The notes under the pieces were generated by a model. The model was not told where the DNA came from and did no database searches. It worked only from the letters and a program-made list of their open reading frames with translations. The translations under genes were made by a program, and so were the position numbers. Shown one piece after another: positions 32,124 to 44,863 of a stretch of 64,000 nt of DNA. The DNA is from Halocafeteria seosinensis (lineage: Eukaryota), in the NCBI GenBank assembly GCA_001687465.1, contig LVLI01000100.1, positions 62,001-126,000 of the forward strand, read 5' to 3'. How positions within the stretch are numbered: the first letter of the stretch is position 1; every line of letters begins with the position of its first letter.

Positions 32124-35100
32124 ATGGCAGCTTCGGAAGTTGGAGCGACACAGTCGGAAGAAAGTGCCCCGACAATTTGGGAGGAATTCCAGCGGAAACG
32201 TGAAAGGAAAGCCCGGCCGTATATCCACTGCTTGATATTGGCCTCATGCGTAGCTTGGACGATTCACGTCACTTTCGGTTTGGCACTTGTGGCGACGGAT
32301 GAAGCGACCCGTCCGCTTTTTGAATACCTCCTTTTTTTCAAAGCGGTGATGGTACTTCCCTTGGGGCTCGGTGCCATCATTACTGGAGCAACACGGTTTG
32401 AGAAGTTATATTCAGCTCCGCTGGCATGGATGATTTTTTTTTTCATAACCTGGAACTTTGCTGAATCCGTATCGATGGACTACCTCATCCGAACGCGTGA
32501 TCTATACGATGGGAATGATTCGATAAGCGCTGCGGCGGTGTTTGCATCCCGCACTGTAGGGTCTCACCAGGTGGTGTATATGTGCGTCTTGCTCTCTAGT
32601 GTTCGGCTTTTAGTCTCACGGCTGCGTTACTTGGTGAACATGATGATTGGGATCCTGGTATTGTCCATCGTTATCGTCGCTATTCCTCCGGTGTTCCTGG
32701 ATGGAAATTTGTCTTACGTAGAATATGACTTGGCGGACTATGTTCGCGTAATCGTCGCGGTATTGGCTACGATGCTCGTTAACGTCTACGCATCTCTCCT
32801 CTGGATTGAGGATGAGTGGCTAGTGTTTGTTCAGAGGAAGCGGTTTCAGCTACACAGCGTTCGAGCTGAAGAATTATTGACGTTGGCAATGCCCCGTGAT
32901 ATAGCGCATCAGCTAATGATGGGAGAAACAGAGCCCCAAGAGTATACATGTGTCAGTGTTGGCTTTCTCTATATATCCAAGTATGCGGCACATGTTCGCG
33001 AAGCGTGTAAGTATCGTTCGCATCTCCTTAACAGCCCATAAGACTCGATCGATTCTTTTCCTCGTACAGCTAGTAACGGCACAATCTTGGACTTTATGGA
33101 ACATCTTCATCGTCTATATTGTGAACTAGACGCGCTCGTATTGACGCATCCGAATGTTTACAAGATTGAGAGTGTCACAAATTGTTACATGGTGGCTGGA
33201 GGCGTACCGAATGTGGGTAGCTGTATTCGAAATACTATTTTCAGCAACGATTAGATTTCATTGTTCTACTGCAGGAATCCTCGGACCATGCTCAAGCTGT
33301 CTTGTCCTTCTGCCTGGAGGCTGTATATCTGTGCCACCAACTACAGAGTTCTGGAAAGCAAAACTCGGGGTCCTCTTTTGGCGCGAAGAAATTGATTGGA
33401 TCCACTCAGAATGATTTTCCTCAACTGCAGTTCAAGATAGGCGTACATAGCGGACCTGTTACAAGTGGTAGGTCACTGTACGCCGTTGTATTGTATTTTT
33501 TCTGCTGACAATTATGCCAGTGATCTTCTTGCAGGCATCGTTGGCAAGACTCGAACGTTCTACAGGGTTTTCGGTGATACAGTCAATGTCGCATCAAGAA
33601 TGGGAACTTCTTCGTCTCCCGGTAATGTGCATGCAAGCCAGAGATTTTACGAAGAGCTGGGCTCTCCCCCTGTTCATGAGCAATTAGTATCAGGGACAGG
33701 CAATGTCCAATACATGGTGACAGGACCACAGCTTGTAGAGCTTAAGGGCAAAGGGGAATTGAGCACCTACACTGTGACAACCAATGTTGAGGCTCCACAG
33801 GCTTTCTGCAAGGAGGAAGAGGGGTCGACGTCTCCAACCTTTGTGCAGTATGGACAACCCTCGCACTCACCGGAGCATAAGCAAACGACAGAGATACCCG
33901 AAAAGAGCTCTGCTGCAGAAACGACCGACCGGCATGTCAGTGTAGTTAATCCAAGGCAATCGTATGATGGCCTCATGACTGTTCACAACGCCCCTCGGCA
34001 CCAGGAAAAGTCCAATAGAGTGGTCCCCACCTCAAGCGATAGCCACGCGTGTAACCGGGTCGTCACCTCCTTCAACAATTCTCCGTTTGCTACAAGGGGA
34101 CTATCAACGCAGAACGATCATAGCACGGATGATTACTACCACTCGGAAAATATCACGAAATTCGACAAGGCTCAAAGGACGGTAGTAGCCGTCGCGAAGT
34201 TAATGAGGATGCCCTTGAAAGAAGCTCTGACTGCGTATAAGCACATGAGTGATATACTCATCCAAAAAAGTCGCCATTATTACATAGGAAAAGTTGAGCA
34301 GATATACATTCAGCGTTTTTTAAGTAAGTACAGCGCCACCAGGAAAAGAAGCAGAAAGAAGTCAGGAATCGGTGGTAGTGCCAGACGAAGGAGTATGCCA
34401 AGTCGTTCCTCTATGGAAGAAGGCCGCAATCAAGCTGTCTCCCCAAAGCGTAGCGAATACAGCAAAGAAGACCAGAATATGTATGAGCGCACCATTGCTG
34501 GAAATATATATGGAGGTAGCGGCACTTCCATTGAGGTACACAAATGCTTTTTCCTTCGGCCCGGAACTTTGATTAGGCTCATTACGACAAGATTTCCGGA
34601 TAAAAACCTTGAAGAAACGTATCAGCGACATGTGAACTCGTTGGTATATAAGCTTGCTGCCCGTAGCAATATATTTGCCACCGTCTTCTTCGTATGGGGA
34701 ATCGCCGGATATTCTCAAGGTCTCCTCGACCGGCCTGGAGAGTTGATGTTATATGCATTCGGTGTGGCTCTGATAATTGTAATGGTGCACGTTATTCTGC
34801 GGCGGTTTTCGTACCTGCAAAACGTCGAACTTGATGCCACGAGCAGAGACGCCTCCAGCGAGGGGGACTCGGAGGACAGGAGCAGTGAGGAATCCCCTTC
34901 TCCAGAGGCTACGTCCCTCCTCCGGGGGACGGAAAACAGCCTTTCTACAGGAGACCGCGACGCCCGATCTTGGAGCCGAGGAGCGATTGGAAATCGACGA
35001 AAAGGGAAGAGCCTGGTTCTTGATAGTGGAATCACTGTTCCCCTCACTTTATGGGAAAGACTCAAGGGGTGCGTCAGCGATTGGCTGATTTGTGATTCCA

Positions 35101-36249
35101 TTAGACGACCTTTCGAGAAAGCTCTAAACACTCTGACCGCGTGGGTGGCCGCTGTAATGTGGTTGACCATGGCTGTCCTGACGGCTTTGGATCAATCTTC
35201 CCTTTCAGTACTTCATCCCGAGCTTGGACCCTCCGAAAGGTGCCTTCATTCTTTCCTTCCTCCAATTGTACTGGTTTCAGCATTTCAAATCTTTCGGATG
35301 GACATCCGGGTTCAGCTTGCTTGTCAATACATTGCTACCATTGTATTTGCTCTCGGATTTCTGATTAGTGAGCGGATGATTCACTGCCAGGGTGAAGTTC
35401 AGGGGATAGGCTTCTTCCTCATGGGTTTTATTCTGATCGTCAGTACCATTGATGCTATCGTGACACAGATACGATACCGAAGAGCGATAGTGCTCCAGTT
35501 TGCTAGTAAGCATGCCAAGGTATGTAATTGCTGTACTGGCAACACATTATGCATGACCTCTGATCGAAAGATAGTTATTGTTGTTGCAGGAGGAATCGGA
35601 TATCGTGCTAAACCAGCTCCTTCCCAAGGCAATTAACGATCGTTTAGAGAAGAACCAAGCAATTCCTTTCGAAATGCATCCGGATGATGTAGTAATCTTG
35701 TGGGCTGATCTAATGGGATTCACTAAGCTTTCTTCTGAGTTACATTCCACGCAAGTGATGCAGCTTCTGAATCGGTTATACTCACGTTTTGATAAAATTG
35801 TCGAAGATGAAAACCTTTGGAAAATGGACACTATCGGAGACGCGTATGTCGTGATTGGAGGACTGGTCCACAGATCCGACAATGCGAGATTAGCCGAGAG
35901 TCTATTCAGCATTGCCGACAAAATGGTTGGCATCATGCGTTATTTTAGGAGACAGACGGGTCATGATATTGGTATCAGGGTAGGAATTCACGCAGGAAAG
36001 GTAGCTTCGGGGATCATCGGTACATTGCGCCCTCGATACTACGTTTTTGGCGACACTCTTCTTGAAGCTGAGAAGATGGAGAGCAGCAGTGCGTCTGATC
36101 AGATTAAAGTGTCAGAAGTTGCTGCTCGTTTGTACCGTTCCTCGCAGTTCCAGCTTCAACCCAGTGGCGATAAGACCGGCGACCTACAAACATACTGGCT
36201 GCTTCCTCCAGACCCAGCGGACCAGGAAGAACAGGATCTAACGGAGTGA
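32124..36249 (+). CDS. Membrane class III nucleotide cyclase with two TM bundles and two catalytic domains (probable guanylyl cyclase)
   Basis: Layout TM bundle - C1 (VYKIESVTNCYMVAGG, KIGVHSGPV, FGDTVNVASRM) - linker - TM bundle - C2 (ILWADLMGFT, KMDTIGDAY, RVGIHAG, PRYYVFGDT). Four GT-AG introns restore the frame. Confidence 0.9.
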
Positions 36250-36575
36250 ACACCGTAATGAGCGAATTAGCTTTCTCAAACAACTGAAAAATTCAGTTTA
36301 AGATTAGTGAGACTCTGACGTTCTGGCAAAACGTTATCGAGCCTATCTTTAGTCTACCAGATGGCATATACGAGACTGTACCACCATCGGGTAATTTGTA
36401 TGATAGATAAACTCGCCATAAAATACATGATTCATTTATGCAAGTCAGGATTCCGGAATGGCTTTCTGTGAACTTCACGGGTGGTCTTCCACAATAACAG
36501 ATAGCATTAAGTTCTTGTGTGTCAAGTCATTGTCAAGTGAACCCAAAGATCTAAACGCACCTTACAACATACAGT

Positions 36576-37692
36576 ATGAATTTTGAGTTACTCGGGCACT
36601 TGGCCCTACTGGATTTTGCAATTCAATGGTAAGCAATGGACGGCCTTGAGCATCCTTGTAGAGCTGGACTTGACTCGTGCAATTGCAGGTTTGGATTCCT
36701 GGTGGCCGTGATTCTCAAAACGGAAAAATTTTTCGATCTCCTTGGAACCAGTTCTTTTACTGTGTGCACGTTCTATGCACTTTATGTAGGCCAGCAGAGT
36801 CATGCCATCAGCTTACAGCATATCATGGGCGCGATGGCCGTATGTTTATGGACGGTGCGATTGGGGAGTTTCTTAGTGTATAGGTACGTGAAAGAAGATG
36901 TCAATGGACGCTTCGGAACTCTAATTGTAATGCATGAGTCTTGAGAATTGGCAGAATTGCCGAAGGTAAGGAAAGCGACAGCTCGATGAATCTGACGTCA
37001 TACTAGTGAGTTCGTGCTGCAGCCGGCAAGGACAAGAGGTTCGACAAAATTAAGCGTGATCCAGTACGATTCTTCTTCGTGTGGACTTTTCAAGGGGTTT
37101 GGGTTCTCTGCACACCACTTCCTGTCTACTGCATTCTTGGAACGGCGATTCCGCCCAGCAAAGGAATCGGTTTTCAGGATGCCATCGGTGAGCTCAAAAT
37201 TTTGAATAGCAACGAAACTTGCTGAACTGGGACGTTAATCGTTGCTATTGCAGCCATGGTATTATGGGTTATTGGATTTATCGGTGAAGCAGTGGCCGAC
37301 CACCAGAAGTTGCGCTTCCGGATGCGGCCAGAGAACAAGGATAAGTTCATCGACCGAGGACTGTGGAGTTGCTCTAGACACCCAAACTATTTCTTTGAAA
37401 TGCAAATGTGGATTTCACTGGCATTATTCTGCCAACAATATCTTGAAGGAATATGGCATTTAGGTGGGTGTTGCATCGATTCGACTACACATCACTAGTT
37501 GAAAATTTCATGACTTGTCTGTTCGCAGCCCTTGTAGGGCCGCTCGTTGAAATTGGATTACTTTGCTTCGTTTCGGGTATACCATTATTGGAAGAGTCTG
37601 CCGAGAGAAAATGGGGTAACGACCCGCGTTATCGGCGTTACAAGGAAAACACTAACCTGCTTATTCCCGTACCCCGTGGTCTAAGCAACTAA
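36576..37692 (+). CDS. DUF1295 / steroid 5-alpha-reductase-like membrane protein, multi-exon
   Basis: Motifs TEKFFDLLG, WTVRLGSFL, GKDKRFD, WTFQGVW, EAVADHQK, GLWSCSRHPNYFFE and SGIPLLE. Includes an 11-nt micro-exon at 36955-36965. Confidence 0.92.
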
Positions 37693-37701
37693 ACGACCGA
37701 G

Positions 37702-40700
37702 CTAATCGCCTCTGTCTATAGTCTTGCTATATAGACGCTCTTCGTTGGTGAGGTCCTCCTTAAGTATCGTACCCACCAGTTTCCCTTCTCTAGTAACGAA
37801 GATTTGTGCAAACGCAGCAATGGCGAATAAGAAATGGATTTTTGTCACAGGGGTCAATTCCACAACGGCAAATGGGGCAGGATCTACTCTGATGGTGCAT
37901 CCGTGGAGCGTATACCGCGACTCAGGCACACTGACATGTGCTTCATCATTATCAATTCCTTCTGCAGCACTCCCTTCGAGATGGTGAACCTTTCCATCGG
38001 CAGTCATGTACATAGACAAGCTTCGGAGCAGTTCCTGGTGTAGACCGCTGAAACGAAGTTGCTCGGCACCGATATCGTATGCTGCTCCTTCTCCAGTTTG
38101 GGAGACCTGAATATCACTTTCTGGGCTATTTATATCCACTCCCACACTGTCCTGCAATTCCTCCTTAGCGCTCTCGTCTTCAAGAGCTCCTTCCATTCTT
38201 TCCTGTCCAGCATTTTCGCTCGGAAGAAGTTCCTGACTTACGTCCTCAACTTTTTCGTCCTCAAGGAGCCCCTTTTCGCTTGTATTGCTGCTATCTGATG
38301 GACGATGGCGCTCTGTGCTTGCTGATCCCGAAGCGGCGTCATAAACTTTTCTTAACGACCGCCTCGGCGTTGGGGATTTTGACTTCGCCAAACTATTCGA
38401 AGACGTTACAGTGTCGTAGTATTGGTACGAAGCCAAGTTGACTGACTTGGCGAGTCCTGAATGCTCAACTAGAGCGCCCTGCTTTGCTTGTGCTCGATAT
38501 GCCTCGGCTATCCGTGCTAAAGTTGTACGCTTGACTGAGCCAACCAAAATTCGATTTTGTGGTGAATCAACTATCGGGAAGTCGCCTAGTTGCTGTCCGC
38601 TGGGTCCACTTAAGGGGGTTAGGCTCAAGAGTTCTTCCAAGTCATTCACAGTAGACTTAAGCGTCAAATAATGAGGCGAGTCTCGAAGTCCATGCATCAG
38701 ATCTTTAGCATGCAGTCTGTAAGCTGCCGGGCTGAGAGCGCGTGGAAGGTATGGTAAACCATTAATCGCCATTAGGGTATCATAAATGGAGGCCGTAAAT
38801 AATCCTGCTGTTGAGTACGAAAGCAATACACACAAAAGCACTGGGACCATATGGTGTATCTGCCTGGTCAGCTCGAATACAATAACAGCAGGCGATATTG
38901 TTTGAGTAACCCCTGCGATGAGGCCTGCCGCCCCCATTACTGCGTATGTTCCCGGTACAATTTCCGCGTCAGGTGCAATTGCAGCCACTGTTTCCCCCAC
39001 AAGTCGACCCAAAGCTCCTCCTAATGTGAAAACAGGCGTAAATAAACCACACGGAACCGGCAGAGAAATCGATACTATCGTAATTGCGAACTTGAAAATG
39101 CTATACAGGACTAGGGTCAAAAACTTGTTTGGAGATTCCCACACCTCGAAACCGACGCTCGTATCAGCAAGCTGCAAAAATCAGAGTATGAAAACATACG
39201 ACATGAACCCCTGGGCAACTCACATACCAATTCTCGCGAATTATCCTCCAATGATTTAATCTTTGGTCCTTCAAATAAGCTATTGATTAGCTGGCGGTCA
39301 GAATATCTCAACATAACCAAAAAGTATGTGACTGTGCTCACCAGGAACACCACGGTCAATCCCAACCCGTATCTGCCCTTGGCATTGCGTGTTAACAATC
39401 GCCGAAACACCAATGACTTGGCCATCAGCCTAATGAACAAAACAGAAACAAATCCCAAAAGAATGCCCATGATCGCATAGAGTACTATTTGCCACGAAAG
39501 GGCTTGCGCTACGAAAGCGGTTCTGTCAGTGCTCATCATGACAAACGTGAACGACTGTGCTTAAGCTTGAAGACTTTATGGATCGACATACTTTTTGAAC
39601 AATGATTCGTTTTGGATAGAGCTCATAGCTTCATAAAAGATTACTCCCACGACGGAGCAAACGAAGGCCCGCCATAAATTGCTGTAGGGTACGAAGGCCG
39701 TTTACAGCTGCTTTTGCAAAACGTTACACACTGAAGTTAGAGACTTACCTAGCCATATAGTACGTACTCGTTACCTCCACACTGAATAACACTCCTCCAA
39801 TAGGCGCACCGAATACGGCAGTGACGCCAGCAGCAACAGCAGCGGCAAGCATCTGTTTACGTAGTACTTCGCTTCCGCGGATCCGGGAAAAGCAAGGAAG
39901 CTTCCACAACAAGGTAGCCATTGCACAAGCAACATGTACGAAGGGCCCCTCTCTGCCTACAGAGAGACCTCCCGTCATTGCCGTTGTAAACCCAATAATC
40001 TTGGCAATCAGTACTCTAAGCGACAAGTACTGGTCTAACGCTGTACCAGCTAGCACACTCTTCATTTGGGGAATTCCCGAGCCTTCGGCAAGGGGAGTGA
40101 TGACATGTCCAGCCCCTAGAGCAAATATACAAAATACAAATGCCCACATTATCCATAACAGGTAATTGAACAAATCATAGCCATCGCCGAGCCATTTATA
40201 CCTAGCGAACTGAAGATTCTTGATAATGGCGTCTACCGCGAAACTGCAAGCAAATAGCAAGGAAACCTCAAGCTTCAGACTGCGATGAGCACAGCTTCCA
40301 CACAGCTTTTTCTTACCTCACTACTCCCACTGAGAGCCCCAGTATCATTAGAAACGCCCACGTTGACCAAAGCGTCGGAAACATTGCGTACACTCGTGAG
40401 TACGTACTCTGTTTCTTGAGGTGTCCATCGAAATCGCGTTCATCCGAGCAGAACCCACAGCATGACGTCGAAACTTCATTCGGAGACGACTCTGCTTCCT
40501 CCCCATCATCTCCGGATTGTCTAGTGCCATCTGGACTTCTCAATGGAGCCACATCGGTTCGGTGAGAAGACGAGGAAAGTGGCGCCCCATTTTTCTCTTC
40601 TAGCAGGGATCCAGGCGTCTCCAGGTAGTCCGGAGAAGTGTAAACATCGAGAATGGAGTGATGCGCTCGAGCGATTATGGGAGCGGTGGCTTTCTCCTCC

Positions 40701-40762
40701 TGTCTAAAGGCATCTGTAGCTTGTTTCACGACTTTTTTCGTCTGTCGCACCGCTTCCGCCAT
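37702..40762 (-). CDS. CLC family chloride channel with C-terminal CBS domains
   Basis: Motifs GSGIP, GREGP, GVLFSVEVT, PVPCGLFTP and SIYD, plus CBS motifs (FPIVDS..ILVGSV; DPAPFAV). Four introns. Confidence 0.95.
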
Positions 40763-41198
40763 ACCTATGCTTCCACGGCTCTATACAATAACGACAAGGA
40801 AAGGATGTTATATGAGACTTGTTCATCAATCTGCAGACTTGTCGTGCATTATTTTCGGTATCAACTACAGTGTAATAGCGATGCTGCGGACGACAATCCC
40901 ATCCGTCGCGGCTTCACTACGCCCTAGTCTACGGGACGACGTGAGTGCAGGAAGGCTAGAACCACATGAATATACAATATAATCGGCAAAGGCTTGCTCA
41001 CTCTGCAACTGCAACAATGGTTCAATGGACACCGTCAGAAGACGTGTGACACTATCATACAGACTATCCCGAGTGCGTATGGAGCTATTCCAAGCTTCAA
41101 CTATGGCCGACTTGAAGGCCATTCATTGATGCACACATTCTCGCTTCCGTATCCATTACAAGAGTTTTCCAACAAGACGAAAGAATTGAGGAACTCCT

Positions 41199-41664
41199 TC
41201 ATCCATTGCTTTGCCGTTCCTGTTTGCTCTTTAGTGCGCTTATTACATCCTTGCGATTCTCCTCCTGCGACAACATACGTCATCAACCTACCAATGGACT
41301 CACTCAAAGGCACATAGCTCACTGGACGTACCCTCTTTCGAGCCAAATACTTGCGCTGCGCCCACTGTTTCCGACAAGTTTCATATATTTCATTCACCTC
41401 CCGACATATATCCGAATTCAACAATTGGCGCTGGCAGAGTATGTAGCAGTCGAATGGCTTCCTGCACTGTGGCGAGTGCTCAGCTCGAACATAGACCAGT
41501 TTCGGTATGCCTCTGTACAGATTTCGCAGGAACGGTGTGACCTCCATGTCCTCTATTTGGGAAGGAATCATCGCATCTCCGGGATGAGGAGGAAAGACGC
41601 CTAATCCTGGAAGTGGAGGAGAGCGCTTCTTGGTTCTGCCGTTTCCATCATCAGCTGACGACAT
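41199..41664 (-). CDS. Small twin-CX9C (CHCH-like) protein
   Basis: CRKPFDCYILC-x9-CREVNEIYETC gives two CX9C motifs. Intron 41265-41331 yields the C-terminus RKR|EENRKDVISALKSKQERQSNG*. Confidence 0.65.
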
Positions 41665-42226
41665 CTTTACCCGTGCCAAGTTTTCGTCTCAAATATCTAT
41701 GTGTCTTACGATTCGTTCGATAAGCAAACATTCATGATTCAATATAGCAAGACTTCAGTAGAAAATATTGTCTTTTATGTTAAGTATTACAAACTTCGCA
41801 GCCCCACTTCACATTCACCGCGCCAGGCGAAGCAGCCGCAAAGCACGTGAAGGAAAACGGCATGCGAGAAGTACTGCATTTTTCACGTTCCAATGGGGAA
41901 TCCGGTTGAAACTTCGGTGGACATGTTTTTTTTCATTGCGATTGACTGTGACGTCTGAGAGTTTGGCCATACTGTGATGTTGCTACGTCAGTCACTGGCA
42001 CATCTTTCAGTTCCAGAGGACTGAACAAACAATCATTTGTTGGACTTTAGCTGTTCAGTGACACGATGCTTTTCTCTGCGCCTTCTGTTAGCGTCATTTA
42101 GGGTTGGTTCTATTCAAAAGTTTCTATCAGGGGCCTTGTTAGGGCATTGTTGTAGCGTATGGAATTGTCAGCTGAATGAATAAGCTTTCAGAAGAGGCGT
42201 AGAAAAGTGAGAAGAACTGGGAAAAA

Positions 42227-44776
42227 ATGGAGAATTTGGATGACACCGCGTTCAAGTTTTTTTCCATTGTAGTGCTTCTATTGTACATATTAGGAGCTGG
42301 AGGGTGGCTCTTATGGAAGCTCTACCAAAATAAAACCCAGAAAGTTGTCTATCGGACCAATGTGGAGCGCGAAAATGCCGAAAAATTCAACGATGGAGGC
42401 AGTACCCCAGGGTCGGGCAAGTCCAAATGGTTCCGGAATGTCTCATTTGCCGTGGTACTTAATGTTATACTCATTTTGCTGTCCCTGTACACTATTGTCA
42501 CGCTAGTCGAACAGCTCAAAATCTCGGCCGAAGTACGAGGATTCGATCCATTTGCGGTATGTTCGAACAGAGACTGTGTTCTGAATTCGGGATGTCAACT
42601 AAATACGAGGACAATCAATGATATTGTGCAGGTTTTGGAGCTAGAACCAGGAGCTGAGCAGCGCCAGATCAAATCAGCATACCGGAAGCTAAGTCTCAAG
42701 TACCATCCGGATAAACCCGAAGGTAGGCCGCTCGTTGCAGTTCTTCGTGCATACATTGCTAGCACGCACTGATGAACAAATTGTTGTGGCTGCAGGTGAC
42801 GAAGAGAAGTTTTTAACGATTTCCAAAGCATACAAGATTCTAACAGACGAAACTGCGAAGGAAAATTTTGAAAAGTATGGAAATCCCGACGGCCCAGAAC
42901 CAATGAAATTTGGAATTGGTTTGCCGAGCTTCTTTGCTGACGAGAGCAAACAGCGCAGCATTGTATTCTTGTATATTGCACTGCTTGCAATTGGTGTTCC
43001 CTTGCTAGTCAAGTTTTGGAAAACAGATTCGGCGGCGGAACCAACTCCCGAAAGTGCAGCTTTAGCATACCAAAATTTAGATGGGGAGACCGCAAGACTA
43101 TCCAGTATTCAAGACCTTTTCATTTGTGCCCGAGAATTGGGCGATCTTCTTTTTGATGAAGAAGCTGACGCCCCCTGGCTAGATGCATTGATGAAAGAAA
43201 TCAAATTGGCGAAGAAACCGAAACAGTACAGTTGGTATGTGCGGGATGAGAACGGAAATCTTCGACCCTTACAATTGCCATTTGACACCGTAGCTATGTA
43301 TCAAGCATTGCTAACAAATTATCTCTCTGGAGACAAGTACGACTTCGGGTGCCTTACAGCGGCTCAGAAAGCACAGGCGATTGAGAAACTAGTGTTCATG
43401 TTGAACAATACTCCACGGATTCTTAAGTCATTCATGGAGGGATGCAAACCGATGAACCAGGACGGTAGTGGATCGAAACCCATAGCATTCCTTCGGATAG
43501 TTGAGTTCTCGCAGGTGATGTGCCAGGCAATGCCAATCACTGACGCCGACTCTCTAAATACGCTTAAACAGATCCCCGGATTTTCTCATGAATTGGTCAC
43601 AAAGAAGCTAGTCAAACTGCCTCAAATCCAACGGAACTTCAGATTACTGGATTTTCTTCGGTTACCACATCAGCAGGTGATTGATGAGATTATTTCTCGG
43701 TTTCCAGAAGAGGATGAAGTGAGGAATCGTCGAGAGGAGATTCTCCGTCTTCTCGCCTCCCTCCCGGATCTGAAGGTTCAAGCTTCCTTGGATGTTGAAG
43801 GGGCTTCGGAAGTTCACCCGAATGATATTGTACTCCTTCGTGTAAAACTAGAGCATCGTAACTGTGTGGACCTGAGCCGAATAGCTAGCATTGGCCAACA
43901 GCAAGTGCTTGGTAGTAGCGAAGACCGAAAGGATGGAGAGCCCGAGTATACGAATAATGGGTCAGCATATGTAGACCTTGAAGATTCCGATGTTTCAGAA
44001 GAGAAAAAACTGTACTGGCCCACGAGTGAGAACCTAAAATCATCTGAAGATGAATCCACTCCTGTGCCTCAGGCCCACACGCCATACTTCCCCCAGCCGG
44101 TGAAGGAGCGTTGGTATCTGGTCTTGCTTCAAAACAGCTGGGAGGGGAAATCAAAGAAGTCAAAGACTCTCAAGAAGCATTTACGGGGCATTGATTATGT
44201 TGATGAAAGTACGAAAGTAATTCGAAAGAATATGAGGCTTCCAGCTCCCCCAACGACAGGAGAGTACGAGTTTGAGCTACATGTTAAGAGCAACTGCTAC
44301 GTTGGACTGGATCACAAGGTTACACTCAAGTAAGTAGCGCAGAAACGCCTTATGGGTTCAAGAATTGTCCATATTTATTTGCTTTATGTCGCAGGCTTAA
44401 CGTAGTTGAGCCGTCAGAACCTGAGCAAACACAAGAAGAGGAAGTGCAGAACGCCGAAGGGGAAGAAGAGGAGGAAGACAAGGACGATGGTGAAGAATTC
44501 ACCAGCCTTGAACATTTGTTAGGAGGTCAAGCGAAGGAGATCAAAGACGATTCTGACGATGAAGAAGAAGAGCAGGGTGGTGAAGCCGCTCCAGAGGAAG
44601 AGCAACAGCAGCAACAGCAGGAGCAACGCACATTAACTAAGCGCGAACGGAAGAAACTGAAGGGCAGAGAGCACAAGAAAAAGAATAAGAAGGCAGCACA
44701 AGATTCGACAGGCCAACAAGGTCAAGGAGCTGAAGACAATAAGGAAGGTCAGTCGGAAGACGAGGGTGCAAAATAG
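42227..44776 (+). CDS. SEC63: ER translocon subunit Sec63 (DnaJ + Sec63/Brl domain + acidic tail)
   Basis: TM helices, J-domain FDPFA|VLEL..AYRKLSLKYHPDK, YGNPDGP..GIGLPSF, AHTPYFP..KERW and SNCYVGLD, then an E/D-rich tail. Three introns. Confidence 0.93.
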
Positions 44777-44863
44777 ATACCCTGCTCGTTATAGGTGTAG
44801 AAGAGTGAATTGACATCACGCCGCCCAAACACTACACTACCATTTGTTGTACATAGCATATAT

